This document shows positions 10,886 to 21,255 of a stretch of DNA of 64,000 bases, piece by piece. Each line of letters starts with the position of its first letter. Position 1 is the stretch's first letter. Source of the DNA: a bacterium (GTDB lineage: Bacteria; Margulisbacteria; Marinamargulisbacteria; GCA-2716485; JAYNIM01). The translations under genes were made by a program, and so were the position numbers. Under the pieces are notes generated by a model. It was not told where the DNA came from. It did not search any database and saw nothing but the letters and a program-made list of their open reading frames with translations. The stretch spans positions 395,365 through 459,364 of the forward strand of contig JAYNIM010000001.1 of the NCBI GenBank assembly GCA_038109055.1. Reading direction: 5' to 3'.

Positions 10886-11530
10886 ATGTTTCGTAAACTT
10901 CATCGATTTTTAGGTATAGCGGCTGCTTTATTTATTTTTTACCTTTGCCTTAGTGGCTTATTACTGAATCATCCCTCTATTTTTACTAATAAGCGTTCCT
11001 CTTCCGATCCATCTATCCTTTCTGTTTTCTCCAGCCCCCTGAATGATGGCTCTTATTGGGTCCAACGTTCAGATGGTTTTTTTATCAGTGACCCACAGTT
11101 TAACACATGGTCGCAACTGCCTCTTTTATATCCAGCAAAGGATATTTTTAGTTTCATTACTACGTCTTCAGGGAAAAGCTATCTTGCGTTTAAACACGGT
11201 CTGATTTTATATTTGAAAAATATCCGCCCGGTAATGTGGGAATTAGTGACTTATCCTCCAGATGATTTTAGTTCTATACGCTCTTTTACCTGTATGAAGG
11301 ACACTTTGGTTCTTAAAACAGAACGTGCGTTATATTTGCTATCTCCAACTCAATCTAAGTGGATTAAAATTGAAGATTATCCCTATACATTTTATTCCTT
11401 TGTTAAGGGCCTGCACACTGGTTATTTTTTTAAACCTATTTTGCTGATCTTTCATGACTTCTCTGCAGTGGCGATGATCGTCCTTATTATTACTGGACTT
11501 TCCTTATATTTTACAAAAAGACCGTTCTAA
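10886..11530 (+). CDS. PepSY-associated TM-helix protein
   Basis: FRKLHRFLGI...SGLLLNH at the N-terminus; KGLHTGYFF...IITGLSLY at the C-terminus, flanking a soluble domain. Confidence 0.8.
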   Translation: MFRKLHRFLGIAAALFIFYLCLSGLLLNHPSIFTNKRSSSDPSILSVFSSPLNDGSYWVQRSDGFFISDPQFNTWSQLPLLYPAKDIFSFITTSSGKSYLAFKHGLILYLKNIRPVMWELVTYPPDDFSSIRSFTCMKDTLVLKTERALYLLSPTQSKWIKIEDYPYTFYSFVKGLHTGYFFKPILLIFHDFSAVAMIVLIITGLSLYFTKRPF

Positions 11531-11542
11531 CTATTTTCTTTT

Positions 11543-14233
11543 CTAAAAGATTTTCATTATTTTTATATATATTCCACTTATACCTAAGACGTTGATGCCA
11601 ACAGATTCACCGCTACTTAATTGTAGAGGCGTTTTTTTTCCGCCTACGGTATCAATAATGGCACATCCTCCCTCTATGCAATAATTAGACCAATCAACGC
11701 CCATATAAGCCTTGATCCCCACGCCAGCGCTGCGAATATCTTCTTCTTGTGGTCTTGTCTCAGTGCTATTAACATCTTTGAGACCGAATTTATGGTTGAT
11801 GATCCCTGCAGAAATCCCTCCGCCTATAAACGTATCTACATGCCGGCTAATATCTATATGATAATCCATGGATGCGAATCCCATTATCCCCATTTTTTCA
11901 TAGGTAAAAGGATGTTTTTTGTCGCCTTCAAGAATATGCCCTTTTTGACTGTTCATTAAAATGGCGATTCCCATACGACGTTTTAAATGATGAACACCCC
12001 GTTGATGTCCCAGTGTTAGTAGCATATCTATGTTCTCAAATGCTGATGTTTGAAAGCGGCTCTCTAAGCCAGACTGTATGAGTGTTGTCGACATATCTTC
12101 GTTTGCTTTAAGAAAACCCGCACCGATAAAATAACCTTTTACTTGCCTCAATTTATCTTTTTGGTCAATATCAACCGTCATTTTATTGTCCTGTTGATAT
12201 AAGACCTCTATTTCTTTACTTATACTTTTATCATCGTGACTAATGGTTACCTTATGTGTCCCACAGGCAATATTTTTTAAGGTAATGGGGCTTGTTTCTT
12301 TAATAGGATTTCCATCTAACATGATCGTTGCAGCTATATGTTTGTGGTCTTTGTATACATAAATGGTTAAATCCGCATATTTCTTCTTAAGGTCATCGCT
12401 AATTTGTATGTGTTGATTGGGCTTTACTTCGATATTTTTTTCATTGTTGTAATAATTACCTGGATTCTTTCCTTGTACAGTTAGCTTGTATATGCCTCTA
12501 TCAAGAAAATATTTTTCTAAGGGTGTTTGACCTATTTCTTTCTCATCAATCATGACCTTAGAGCCCTTGGGTTTGCTTGAAACACTCAGAGTACCAAATA
12601 TGGGTTCTAATTGAATATTTTCTATATGCGTTTCTGCATCTCTTAGTAAAATATAACGCGTTTCTGTTTTGTAATGGGGATGCTTTACGGTAATTTTATG
12701 TTTTCTTGATTTTAAATGTTCGATCCTAACCATTTGTTTATTTAGGACTTTTCTGTAATAGCTTCCATTTATGTAAATATCACTGTTTTCTGGATTGACC
12801 TGTAGCATCAGTGTGCCAAAATGTGGCTTTAGTTCGAAGGACTGTACAATTGGCGTATTGTCTTTTACCTCTATATGAATGTCTTTGTTGTAATAGTACT
12901 CTTTTGTAAGTTTTAAGTCATAAGCGTTACTTTTTAGGTTTGCTGTAAAGGGTGTTTCTCCAATGACGTCGCTATTTAGCCATATTTTTGCGCCAGAAGG
13001 AATTGAATTTAACGTGACTTGGGCAAAATTTGGTTTTAACGTTATGTCGCCTAGATTATTAACACCAGACTCTGTGATTTCAAATACAATTTTTTTGTCG
13101 TAATATAAATGTTTCTTAAATGTGAAGTGATGCTTACCTAATGGTATGTTATCTACAAAGGTTTGAGTGCCATAATCTACCCCGTCAATAAACATACTAA
13201 TATCTTGGAGAGTTGACCTATATTTTATCGCCGCATTCTTCGTTACTTTCTTTTCTATTTGTCTTATTTTTTCTAGTTCAATTGTTAAGATTTTTTCTTC
13301 GGTTGCCTTAATTTCAATATCAGCTTCTATACTTACCTCTCCCATTTTTGACACATACCCTTCTTTGTAAGCTTTTACCTTGTGGCTACCTTCGCTTAAT
13401 GCAAAGGTCGACATATGTTGCTCCATTAAGGGATCGCTTTGTTTAACGCCATCTATTTCAATGGTCACCCAGCTGGTATTACTATTGATTTTTAAGCGCC
13501 CTAATTTGCTTTGATTCACCTTACTTTCACTTAATTTAACAATATCTCCATAGCGTATTTTCATATCTAGCTTTCTTTCTAAGATCGTTGCTATTGATTG
13601 GGTTTCTAATACAGTTCCTATTTCTGCTTCGCCTATGGCAAGTAAAACTTGCCCTTTTTTTCTGTAAATAGCGATGACTTGTCCGCTGTTAATGGGGTCT
13701 AAGTGATTGAAGGATACGTTCACTTTACCGTCTTGACTGCTTAAGACAATCCCCTCTATTTTTGCTAGTTTATTGATAGCTGCAACCTCAGCTGCAATGT
13801 GTGTTTTGAGTCTACCTTCTTCTTTAACGCTGATGGTACTCTGGTAAATTTCAACGCCTATTGTGACATCTATTAAGGCAATATTTAAGCTGTACCCCTT
13901 GTCTTTTTGTTCTAAGCGCCCTGTTAAAAGTCGCGTTACCTGTAAACGTTTTCCCAAGTTAACAGCATCATCCAACTCACCTCGTTCAAAGGCTTTTATT
14001 TCAGCGACTTGTAATTTTTTTACGGCGTCATCCTGTTCGTTCGAACTTTTCACATAATAGTACTTCGTATTGATTAAATTGCGTCTAAATTGAGCCGTCA
14101 ATTCTTTTGCTACTCTATTTAACGATGGATGTGATTGAAATGGGTTTACCGCTAGCCACTCTTTTTGTGTTTCTGCCTGCATATGTGTGGCTATACACAG
14201 TAATATGATTATATTTAAGAGAATCTTTTTCAT
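11543..14233 (-). CDS. Exported PEGA-repeat protein with N-terminal CsgG/TolB-N-like domain and probable C-terminal outer-membrane beta-barrel
   Basis: Signal peptide; AVNLGKRL...LLTGRL; repeats such as LNSIPSGAKIWLNSDVIGETP and VSSKPKGSKVMIDEKEIGQTP; beta-rich C-terminus ending in Phe. Confidence 0.75.
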   Translation of the reverse strand: MKKILLNIIILLCIATHMQAETQKEWLAVNPFQSHPSLNRVAKELTAQFRRNLINTKYYYVKSSNEQDDAVKKLQVAEIKAFERGELDDAVNLGKRLQVTRLLTGRLEQKDKGYSLNIALIDVTIGVEIYQSTISVKEEGRLKTHIAAEVAAINKLAKIEGIVLSSQDGKVNVSFNHLDPINSGQVIAIYRKKGQVLLAIGEAEIGTVLETQSIATILERKLDMKIRYGDIVKLSESKVNQSKLGRLKINSNTSWVTIEIDGVKQSDPLMEQHMSTFALSEGSHKVKAYKEGYVSKMGEVSIEADIEIKATEEKILTIELEKIRQIEKKVTKNAAIKYRSTLQDISMFIDGVDYGTQTFVDNIPLGKHHFTFKKHLYYDKKIVFEITESGVNNLGDITLKPNFAQVTLNSIPSGAKIWLNSDVIGETPFTANLKSNAYDLKLTKEYYYNKDIHIEVKDNTPIVQSFELKPHFGTLMLQVNPENSDIYINGSYYRKVLNKQMVRIEHLKSRKHKITVKHPHYKTETRYILLRDAETHIENIQLEPIFGTLSVSSKPKGSKVMIDEKEIGQTPLEKYFLDRGIYKLTVQGKNPGNYYNNEKNIEVKPNQHIQISDDLKKKYADLTIYVYKDHKHIAATIMLDGNPIKETSPITLKNIACGTHKVTISHDDKSISKEIEVLYQQDNKMTVDIDQKDKLRQVKGYFIGAGFLKANEDMSTTLIQSGLESRFQTSAFENIDMLLTLGHQRGVHHLKRRMGIAILMNSQKGHILEGDKKHPFTYEKMGIMGFASMDYHIDISRHVDTFIGGGISAGIINHKFGLKDVNSTETRPQEEDIRSAGVGIKAYMGVDWSNYCIEGGCAIIDTVGGKKTPLQLSSGESVGINVLGISGIYIKIMKIF

Positions 14234-15306
14234 TGTTCAGAAAGCTGGCTTAATGTTGTGCTAATTTGAGTGGCTATGGCTTTTGCTAAGATTTTTTCTA
14301 ACTGTTTTGCAGCGAAATCAGCATTTGATGCTAAAACTTCTTTGCTGTTTGGATCTAAGGAAAACACCTTATCTACTTGGGTATTATTAGAAATAAACCC
14401 GTCTATTTTTCCGTCGCAGGTATAGCGAATTAACTCGTCGCTGTATATCCCTGCTGTATGTATTTTTAATGTAACTAATACGTGAAGATATTTTAAATTT
14501 TCTTTTGTATAGGGTCTTACTTGTATTCCTTCCCAAGATAAATACTCTGTAATATTCTCCTTTAGCACTGTCTCTGATAAGCCAATGCTATCTTCTATAT
14601 TGATGGCACATAGCTTAAATATGTTTTCCCATTCATTTTCTTTACCTTTTATTTGACTCTCTAAAGCTGTAACAGTCAGTATCTGTCCGTCAACGTTTGT
14701 TGTTAAACTTTGGTCTAAGTCTGCAACGCTTTGTTTGGCTTTTTGTAGGTTCGACCAAGCTAAAAAAACAAGATTTCTGTCCCACAATTCGTTACTTTTC
14801 GCTAATAAACTGAGGACCGTTTTAAATTTGTCCTTCTGTATTTTTTTGATTCGTTGTACTTCTGACTTTGGAAGCCCTAATAACACATAATGATTATATA
14901 AAATTTCATGTCCATTGTTGTCTAATAGGTGCATCATTACTTCACTGTGGGTGTCTATTTCTTTAATATTTTGTAGGGTTATATCTCCTGACTCCATGAC
15001 AAATTGATCGCTAAAGGTGCGTCCATTTTCGTTTCTTTGTGCGCTGTAACGACTCTTCCCTTTAACCTGAATAAACTCAAAGCACTTTTCCATTGCCATT
15101 TGTTTTGCTAAATGCTCAGCCTCTTCTGGCTTTATACACTCGGTTGCTAAGCCAGTAAAATAGTGATATTTTTGGTCGCTCTCTGGCGTTTTATACACCC
15201 ATTCTGGCTTCTTTTGAATGACACTTTTTTCCCCACCCCCCCCTTGACATGCGCTTAATATCATACAGCAGGCCAGTATTAATACTGTCCCGTGTTTAAT
15301 TTTCAT
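14230..15306 (-). CDS. Lipoprotein, LPP20-like N-terminal domain
   Basis: Lipobox ILSAC; KPEWV...YFTG motif; 4-nt overlap with the PEGA gene. Confidence 0.65.
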   Translation of the reverse strand: MKIKHGTVLILACCMILSACQGGGGEKSVIQKKPEWVYKTPESDQKYHYFTGLATECIKPEEAEHLAKQMAMEKCFEFIQVKGKSRYSAQRNENGRTFSDQFVMESGDITLQNIKEIDTHSEVMMHLLDNNGHEILYNHYVLLGLPKSEVQRIKKIQKDKFKTVLSLLAKSNELWDRNLVFLAWSNLQKAKQSVADLDQSLTTNVDGQILTVTALESQIKGKENEWENIFKLCAINIEDSIGLSETVLKENITEYLSWEGIQVRPYTKENLKYLHVLVTLKIHTAGIYSDELIRYTCDGKIDGFISNNTQVDKVFSLDPNSKEVLASNADFAAKQLEKILAKAIATQISTTLSQLSEQ

Positions 15307-15919
15307 TAAATAATTCTTGAAAATCTCCCTCTATATTTTTTAACTGTTCATAGGTTTTTTTATTTTCTTCTTCTTTATGTTTGGCTTGTTGTGCTGCTAG
15401 TGTTGCTTTTGCTGTTTCTTGGATAATATTTTTTGGTACGGCTACTAATGAATATACACGATAATAATAGTTAATACCTGATTGAGTGATTTTTTCTACT
15501 TTTTCCCAGTATACTTCTTTTTCTTTTGCTCCTTGTATAGATGTTTTAGCGACGTTTTGTATCATTTCTTGTTTTAGGGTGTTAGCCGTGTCATTATCTA
15601 AATTATTTTCAATTCTTTTGTACCCAGCATCTACTTTTGAATTAATATAAAATGATACCTTTGATAAGGCGACTTGATAGGCGTCTCTTACTCCCGAAAT
15701 ATTTCTTGCTGTATCATCACCTACAAAATAAAGATTGCTTGCGTCTGGATTTGGTCGTATATATAACCAACCAGGTTTTGCAGCCCGGCTTTGCTCTACT
15801 ACACGTTCTTGACCTATCATGGGCTTTGCGCTTTCTTTTTTACCACAGGCAGTTAAACTCATTGTTATTGCTAGCATTAAAATGCTCACACATATTTTTT
15901 TACTACAACTTTTGTTCAT
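15296..15919 (-). CDS. Lipoprotein, LPP20-like
   Basis: Lipobox LTAC; KPGWL...YFVG; IQGAKEKEVYWEK...YRVYSLVAVPK. Confidence 0.7.
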   Translation of the reverse strand: MNKSCSKKICVSILMLAITMSLTACGKKESAKPMIGQERVVEQSRAAKPGWLYIRPNPDASNLYFVGDDTARNISGVRDAYQVALSKVSFYINSKVDAGYKRIENNLDNDTANTLKQEMIQNVAKTSIQGAKEKEVYWEKVEKITQSGINYYYRVYSLVAVPKNIIQETAKATLAAQQAKHKEEENKKTYEQLKNIEGDFQELFNEN

Positions 15920-16033
15920 TAATAATCACCTTTATGCTGAATTTTCTCTTATTATATACTATTACCCCCAAATATTTATAATTTTTGAAATCCATTCCTC
16001 TTTTTTTGATATTTGAGCTTAATTTCAACTATT

Positions 16034-17008
16034 TTAAATCGATGACAGGTATTTTTCTTCCACTAAAAAATTTTGCACGTAGTCTTTAACGCCGTCTTCT
16101 AAACTCTCAAATTTCTCTTTATATCCAGCATTTCTCAATTTGCTCATGCTGGCTTGTGTGAAATATTGATAATGAGATTTCAGTTCGGCAGGCATCTCTA
16201 TGTATTCTATATTTTCTTCTATATTCATTGCCTTAAACACCGCGCCTGTTAATTCCCGCCATGTTTTTGCTTGTCCCGTCCCTAAATTAAATAACCCGTT
16301 ACTTTTTGGATTTTCTAAAAACCAATTCATCACCGATATACAATCTTTCACATAAATAAAATCACGCCTTTGACAGCCATCTTGGTAGTCTGGGTGGTAG
16401 GATTTAAATAACTTGACCTGACCTGTTTCTTTTATTTCTTTAACTGCTTTACTTACAACACTTTGCATACTACCTTTATGGACTTCGTTCGGACCATAAA
16501 CGTTAAAAAATTTTAGCCCAACTACCGAATCGCTCAGTTTTTGTTCTTTAACCCATACATCGAACAAATGTTTGGAATATCCGTAGCGATTAATGGGTTC
16601 TAACTTATCAATTGATTTTTGATCATCAAACGAGTTAGATCCATCTCCGTAGGTCGCTGCTGAACTTGCGTAAATAAATCTAGCACATTTTTCTCTGGCC
16701 CAAGAAAGAAGTGATTTAGAATAATTGAGATTGTTCTCTACCAGAAAATCCATATCTAACTCCGTTGTAGCTGAACAGGCGCCTAGATGTATCACCGCCT
16801 CTATGTTCCCTTTTACCTTATCCTCTTTAATCAGTTGTAAAAACTCTGTTTTATGACGATATTCCCGCCATTTTAGTGATCTAAGATTTAGCCATTTTTT
16901 TGATGTTCCTAAGCGATCTACTATCATAATGTCTTGATAGCCCAATTGGTTCAACTTCCAAACCATGGCACTTCCGATAAATCCTGCTCCGCCTGTGATA
17001 ATTATCAT
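16034..17008 (-). CDS. hldD: ADP-L-glycero-D-manno-heptose 6-epimerase
   Basis: MIIITGGAGFIGS, HLGACSATTE, YASSAATYG, YGYSK, FFNVYGPNEVHKGSM, YQYFTQA. Confidence 0.93.
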   Translation of the reverse strand: MIIITGGAGFIGSAMVWKLNQLGYQDIMIVDRLGTSKKWLNLRSLKWREYRHKTEFLQLIKEDKVKGNIEAVIHLGACSATTELDMDFLVENNLNYSKSLLSWAREKCARFIYASSAATYGDGSNSFDDQKSIDKLEPINRYGYSKHLFDVWVKEQKLSDSVVGLKFFNVYGPNEVHKGSMQSVVSKAVKEIKETGQVKLFKSYHPDYQDGCQRRDFIYVKDCISVMNWFLENPKSNGLFNLGTGQAKTWRELTGAVFKAMNIEENIEYIEMPAELKSHYQYFTQASMSKLRNAGYKEKFESLEDGVKDYVQNFLVEEKYLSSI

Positions 17009-17094
17009 GCCACAATACTACTCAAAATCTTCTCGTATTTAAAGTTTTTTTTCTTCTCTAAATACCAAGATCGTTTTTATTTGTATTTTCTTGT

Positions 17095-18087
17095 ATGATA
17101 ATTATAATCATGAAAAAAATTTTGGTCTGTGGAGCAGGTGGATTTATTGGTAGCCATTTGGTTACTGCTCTTAAAAAACAAGGTTATTGGGTACGTGGTA
17201 TTGATTTAAAACATCCTGAATTTGAATCTAGTACTGCTGATGATTTTATTATTGGAGATTTGCGCCGTTTTTCTGTTTGTAAAAATGCTCTTTACCTGTC
17301 TCAATCTGAACCTGTTGATGAAATCTATCAGTTAGCTGCCGATATGGGAGGTGCTGGCTTTGTTTTTAGTGGTGAAAATGATGCAGATTTAATGCATAAT
17401 TCGGCCTTAATTAATTTACATATTGCAGACCTTGCTGCTAAAGCACAGATAAAAAAATTATTTTACAGTAGCAGTGCCTGTATGTACCCCGAGTATAATC
17501 AACTAGATCCTGATAACCCACAATGTCATGAAGACTCTGCCTATCCAGCTCAGCCTGATAGTGAATATGGTTGGGAGAAACTTTTTTCTGAGCGTCTCTA
17601 TATGGCCTTCAATCGTAACCATGACCTGTCTATTCGTATCGCTCGTTTTCATAATATTTATGGTCCCTTAGGTGCTTGGGATGGGGGGAGAGAGAAAGCC
17701 CCCGCCGCTATTTGTCGTAAAGTAGCCATGGCGGATAGCCCCGGCTCTATTGAGGTTTGGGGAGATGGTAAGCAAACGCGTAGTTTCTTGTACATAGATG
17801 CGTGTATAGAGGGTATGTTAAAACTAATGGATAGTGATTGTCAGGTTCCTGTTAATATTGGTTCTGATGAGATGGTCACTATTAACCAGTTGGTTGATGT
17901 TGTAGCGCATATCGCAAAAAAAGATATTTCTAAGCATTATATTCCTGGTCCGCTTGGAGTTCGGGGTCGTAACAGTGATAATACTTTTATTAAAGAGCGC
18001 TTAGGTTGGGCACCTAACTACGCCCTTGAGAAGGGATTAAGTCAGACATATCGGTGGATTCATCAACAAGTTTCACTTAAAAAATAA
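17095..18087 (+). CDS. GDP-mannose 3,5-epimerase-like extended SDR; start probably 17110
   Basis: GAGGFIG, LAADMGG, SSACMYP, YGWEK, GGREKAPAAICRK, GVRGRNSDN. Confidence 0.85.
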   Translation: MIIIIMKKILVCGAGGFIGSHLVTALKKQGYWVRGIDLKHPEFESSTADDFIIGDLRRFSVCKNALYLSQSEPVDEIYQLAADMGGAGFVFSGENDADLMHNSALINLHIADLAAKAQIKKLFYSSSACMYPEYNQLDPDNPQCHEDSAYPAQPDSEYGWEKLFSERLYMAFNRNHDLSIRIARFHNIYGPLGAWDGGREKAPAAICRKVAMADSPGSIEVWGDGKQTRSFLYIDACIEGMLKLMDSDCQVPVNIGSDEMVTINQLVDVVAHIAKKDISKHYIPGPLGVRGRNSDNTFIKERLGWAPNYALEKGLSQTYRWIHQQVSLKK

Positions 18088-18098
18088 CGTATACTAAG

Positions 18099-18986
18099 TT
18101 AGTCGGTTTTGTTTATTAACGTTTCCTTTAACCCTTTGTGCGTAGTATATGGTAATACGGTATTAAATTCATTTTCGAATTTTTGATTGTTTAAGGTATA
18201 TGTTTGAAAGAGTCTTTGCACTAAATAGCCTGCACGTTTTGAATATCTTGCTAGTAATTTTCTTACTATTTTTGGAAAGGGAAACACTATTGCCTCCTTT
18301 TTACCATATATTTTTACACAAGCTTGATAAAGCTCTTTGCTCGATAATGTTGTTGGGTCACTAATGTTGTATATCCCCTCTTTTAAATGTTTCTGTCCAA
18401 GTATTATTTCTACTGCTGCACAAAAATTCTTCACATATAGAAAACTTCTTTTCTGTGTCGCTGCTTTTAATGGTAATGGCCACCCTTTCTTGGCATAGTG
18501 GTCTAAACGCCGCATGTTTCCCTTTTGCCCCATCCCATACACCAGGGGTAATCGAAGAATGACCAATGTTTTGTCTTTTTCTTTTTGAAATAATCTTGTT
18601 AAGGCCTGTTCTGCTTGATATTTTGATTTCGCGTACGCACCTATAGGATGGCATGCACTCTTTTCGCTGTAATGCCCTTCTGCCTCCCCGTATACTTTTA
18701 TCGTACTAATAAAAATAAAGGTCTGAATACCTGCTTGTATTGCTTTTTTGGCAAGATTTATACTTGTGTCTACATTATCTCGAAAATACTCTTTTTCTTC
18801 TGCATTATGTTCGTGCACCCTGCCCCCTAAGTGAATGACGGCCTCTGCTTTTGGAAGTTTAATTTCTTTTCCACTACGACAACTAATTGGACATAGCTCG
18901 TATTTCTTTTTTGTTTTAAAGAATGTCAAGGTATTTCTTCCTATAAACCCTCGACTTCCTGTTAAAATTACCTTAATTTTTTTCAT
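18099..18986 (-). CDS. NAD-dependent sugar epimerase/dehydratase (WbpK-like)
   Basis: TGSRGFIG, FISTIKVYG, YAKSK, RLPLVYG..QKGN; ATG 18986 preferred over the track start at 19028. Confidence 0.82.
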   Translation of the reverse strand: MKKIKVILTGSRGFIGRNTLTFFKTKKKYELCPISCRSGKEIKLPKAEAVIHLGGRVHEHNAEEKEYFRDNVDTSINLAKKAIQAGIQTFIFISTIKVYGEAEGHYSEKSACHPIGAYAKSKYQAEQALTRLFQKEKDKTLVILRLPLVYGMGQKGNMRRLDHYAKKGWPLPLKAATQKRSFLYVKNFCAAVEIILGQKHLKEGIYNISDPTTLSSKELYQACVKIYGKKEAIVFPFPKIVRKLLARYSKRAGYLVQRLFQTYTLNNQKFENEFNTVLPYTTHKGLKETLINKTD

Positions 18987-20196
18987 GAATTTCTTCACAC
19001 ATTCTCTTAAGTAGTTTTTTTGGATCAAAATGTTTCAATGCGTAGGCTTTATTCTGCTTACACACCTTTTGATACAAAGCATGATCATTTGAAAGCTTAA
19101 TTATTTCTTGCGTTAAGGTCTGACTTTGCCCATGTTCAACCAAAATATTTCCTGGGCAATGGTTTAAATGTTCTGCAATAAAGCTTTCTCTGGGTCCAAT
19201 ATAGATAATCGGTCTTTCACTTAGCATTGCCCCATAAATTTTATTAGGATGTGTAAACCCAATAGTTGCTTCCCCCATTACAACTACCTGATAATCCGCT
19301 GAAGCTAAGGATATGTGCACGTTTTCTCTTTTTTGAAAAGGAAGCATCTTTATATTTTGACAGTTTTTTTGACACTTCCTTACTTTTTCTTTTTGTGTTC
19401 CTGCCCCTATAAAAACAAATAAATATGGATTATCCTTCAACTCTTGAGCACTTTCTAAAAGAGTATCTAAGGGGTGACAGTAGGCCAAATTACCCGCATA
19501 CATAATAACAATTTTATCTTGAAAATTATTCTCGATTCTAAAGGGATTCTCGTCCCTTTTGACGGATACTTTGTGTGTATTAATGGGCCAAACAGGCACA
19601 ACTGATATTTTATTTACGTCAATTTTTCGTGACTGTAAATGTGCTTGCATGTCCTTATCCAAACAAATCAAATGATCTGCATGCTCAAGCATATACTGTG
19701 AGCTTTTCTGCAAACAAGTCCTCAATAAACTGTCTTTTTTAAATAATCCAGACACGATACTCAGCTCTGGCTGAATATCCATGACCCAATAAACCATTCT
19801 TTTTTTGTAAAGCTTACTTATAAACGCTGCCAATGCAGGAAGTAAAGGAGGAACACTGACAACGATAATTTTACTGTATTCTTTTTTGTCTATTTTTAGT
19901 ATGCGCCAGAGCAACATTAATTTAAATGATAAAAAGTTTAATATACGTCCAAATACCCATGCTTTTTTGAACTTTAAATGTGTCACACGTACAATTCTTA
20001 TTCCGTGATAGTTCTCAGATTTCTTGTATTGTTCACGGCTATCTTCATATGCTTTGCTGCTTGTTATCACCGTAACGGACCCGTATTTTTTTTGTAACTC
20101 TATCGCTAGGTCTGTAAGATGTTGGGAGACTGAACTCGTATCAGGCCAAAAAACTTGTGATAAAATTAAGTAGTTGTTTTTTGTTGTATTTGACAT
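18973..20196 (-). CDS. Glycosyltransferase, GT4 (WbuB-like)
   Basis: SQVFWPD, MDIQPE, MYAGNL, PNKIYGAM. Confidence 0.85.
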   Translation of the reverse strand: MSNTTKNNYLILSQVFWPDTSSVSQHLTDLAIELQKKYGSVTVITSSKAYEDSREQYKKSENYHGIRIVRVTHLKFKKAWVFGRILNFLSFKLMLLWRILKIDKKEYSKIIVVSVPPLLPALAAFISKLYKKRMVYWVMDIQPELSIVSGLFKKDSLLRTCLQKSSQYMLEHADHLICLDKDMQAHLQSRKIDVNKISVVPVWPINTHKVSVKRDENPFRIENNFQDKIVIMYAGNLAYCHPLDTLLESAQELKDNPYLFVFIGAGTQKEKVRKCQKNCQNIKMLPFQKRENVHISLASADYQVVVMGEATIGFTHPNKIYGAMLSERPIIYIGPRESFIAEHLNHCPGNILVEHGQSQTLTQEIIKLSNDHALYQKVCKQNKAYALKHFDPKKLLKRMCEEIHEKN

Positions 20197-21206
20197 TTTT
20201 TAAATATAAAGTGTATCCATATATATTTACATAGGTTTAATAGTATCACTACAAGCAAGATACTTAATCGTATTTCTTTACTTGACTTAAAATAAAACAT
20301 TGCAGCGATTCCATGGCAAAGTGTCAATAGATAACCTACATATAAGACATGTTTTTGACTGCCTAAAATGACAAATAATTTTTGAAAGAAATGCTCCCTA
20401 TGCCCTTCCCAAATTTTCTTTTTATTAAACAACCTTATACCTAGTGTAAATGTACAGTCCAGTATAATGGTTGCGAATAAAATCATAGGAATGACTAAAG
20501 ATAATTGTTGGTTCATGTCACATTGAATCGCCATTAAGGCAATAAAACATCCCAAAAAGCAACTCCCAACATCCCCCATAAATATCTTTGCTTTAGGATA
20601 ATTCCATAGCATAAACCCCATTAACGTTGCTACTAATAATGTACATAGAAAAAATCCTGAAAACTGATCTGCAATAAGAAAAAAAATGCTAAGAAAACCG
20701 AGCCCAATAATCGTTATCCCACCCAAATATCCATCTAGTCCATCTATAAAGTTAAAAAAATTGCATAGCGAGATAATAAAAAGAGAGGTACTCACGATTG
20801 ATATAATATTAAAATCAAGTGTCAGAAAGGGGAGTTCGATTATTGTCACTCTAAATCCCCAAAAAAAGGCTGACAGGGCTACTAGAGCTTGTATAAACAG
20901 TCGTTTTATTGCACTTAATTCTTTAAAGTCATCCCAAAGACCTAATAACGCAATAGGGAAACACAAAGACATTATTTTTAAAAAAATCAACTCATCTTTG
21001 AAATAAAACTGCCAACATACTATGGTCATAAAATAAAAGACGAGAATAAACCCTAGACCGCCAATTGCAGGTGTTGGTTTTTTATGCGCACTTCGCTCAT
21101 TTGGTAGTGATAAAATACTCTTTTTGTGGCATATATTAATGAGCATATATATTGCTATCACTGATAACAAAAACGTGATACTCAATAGTAAGAGCGTTAC
21201 TGGCAT
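20166..21206 (-). CDS. Undecaprenyl-phosphate HexNAc-1-phosphate transferase (WecA/WbpL-like)
   Basis: PNERSAHKKPTPAIGG, GLWDD, NFFNFIDGLDG, KIFMGDVGS, HREH. Confidence 0.9.
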   Translation of the reverse strand: MPVTLLLLSITFLLSVIAIYMLINICHKKSILSLPNERSAHKKPTPAIGGLGFILVFYFMTIVCWQFYFKDELIFLKIMSLCFPIALLGLWDDFKELSAIKRLFIQALVALSAFFWGFRVTIIELPFLTLDFNIISIVSTSLFIISLCNFFNFIDGLDGYLGGITIIGLGFLSIFFLIADQFSGFFLCTLLVATLMGFMLWNYPKAKIFMGDVGSCFLGCFIALMAIQCDMNQQLSLVIPMILFATIILDCTFTLGIRLFNKKKIWEGHREHFFQKLFVILGSQKHVLYVGYLLTLCHGIAAMFYFKSSKEIRLSILLVVILLNLCKYIWIHFIFKKCQIQQKTTT

Positions 21207-21255
21207 GGCCGTATTATATCGTTAATAGCTTAATTTCTGAATATAGATCCTTCGA

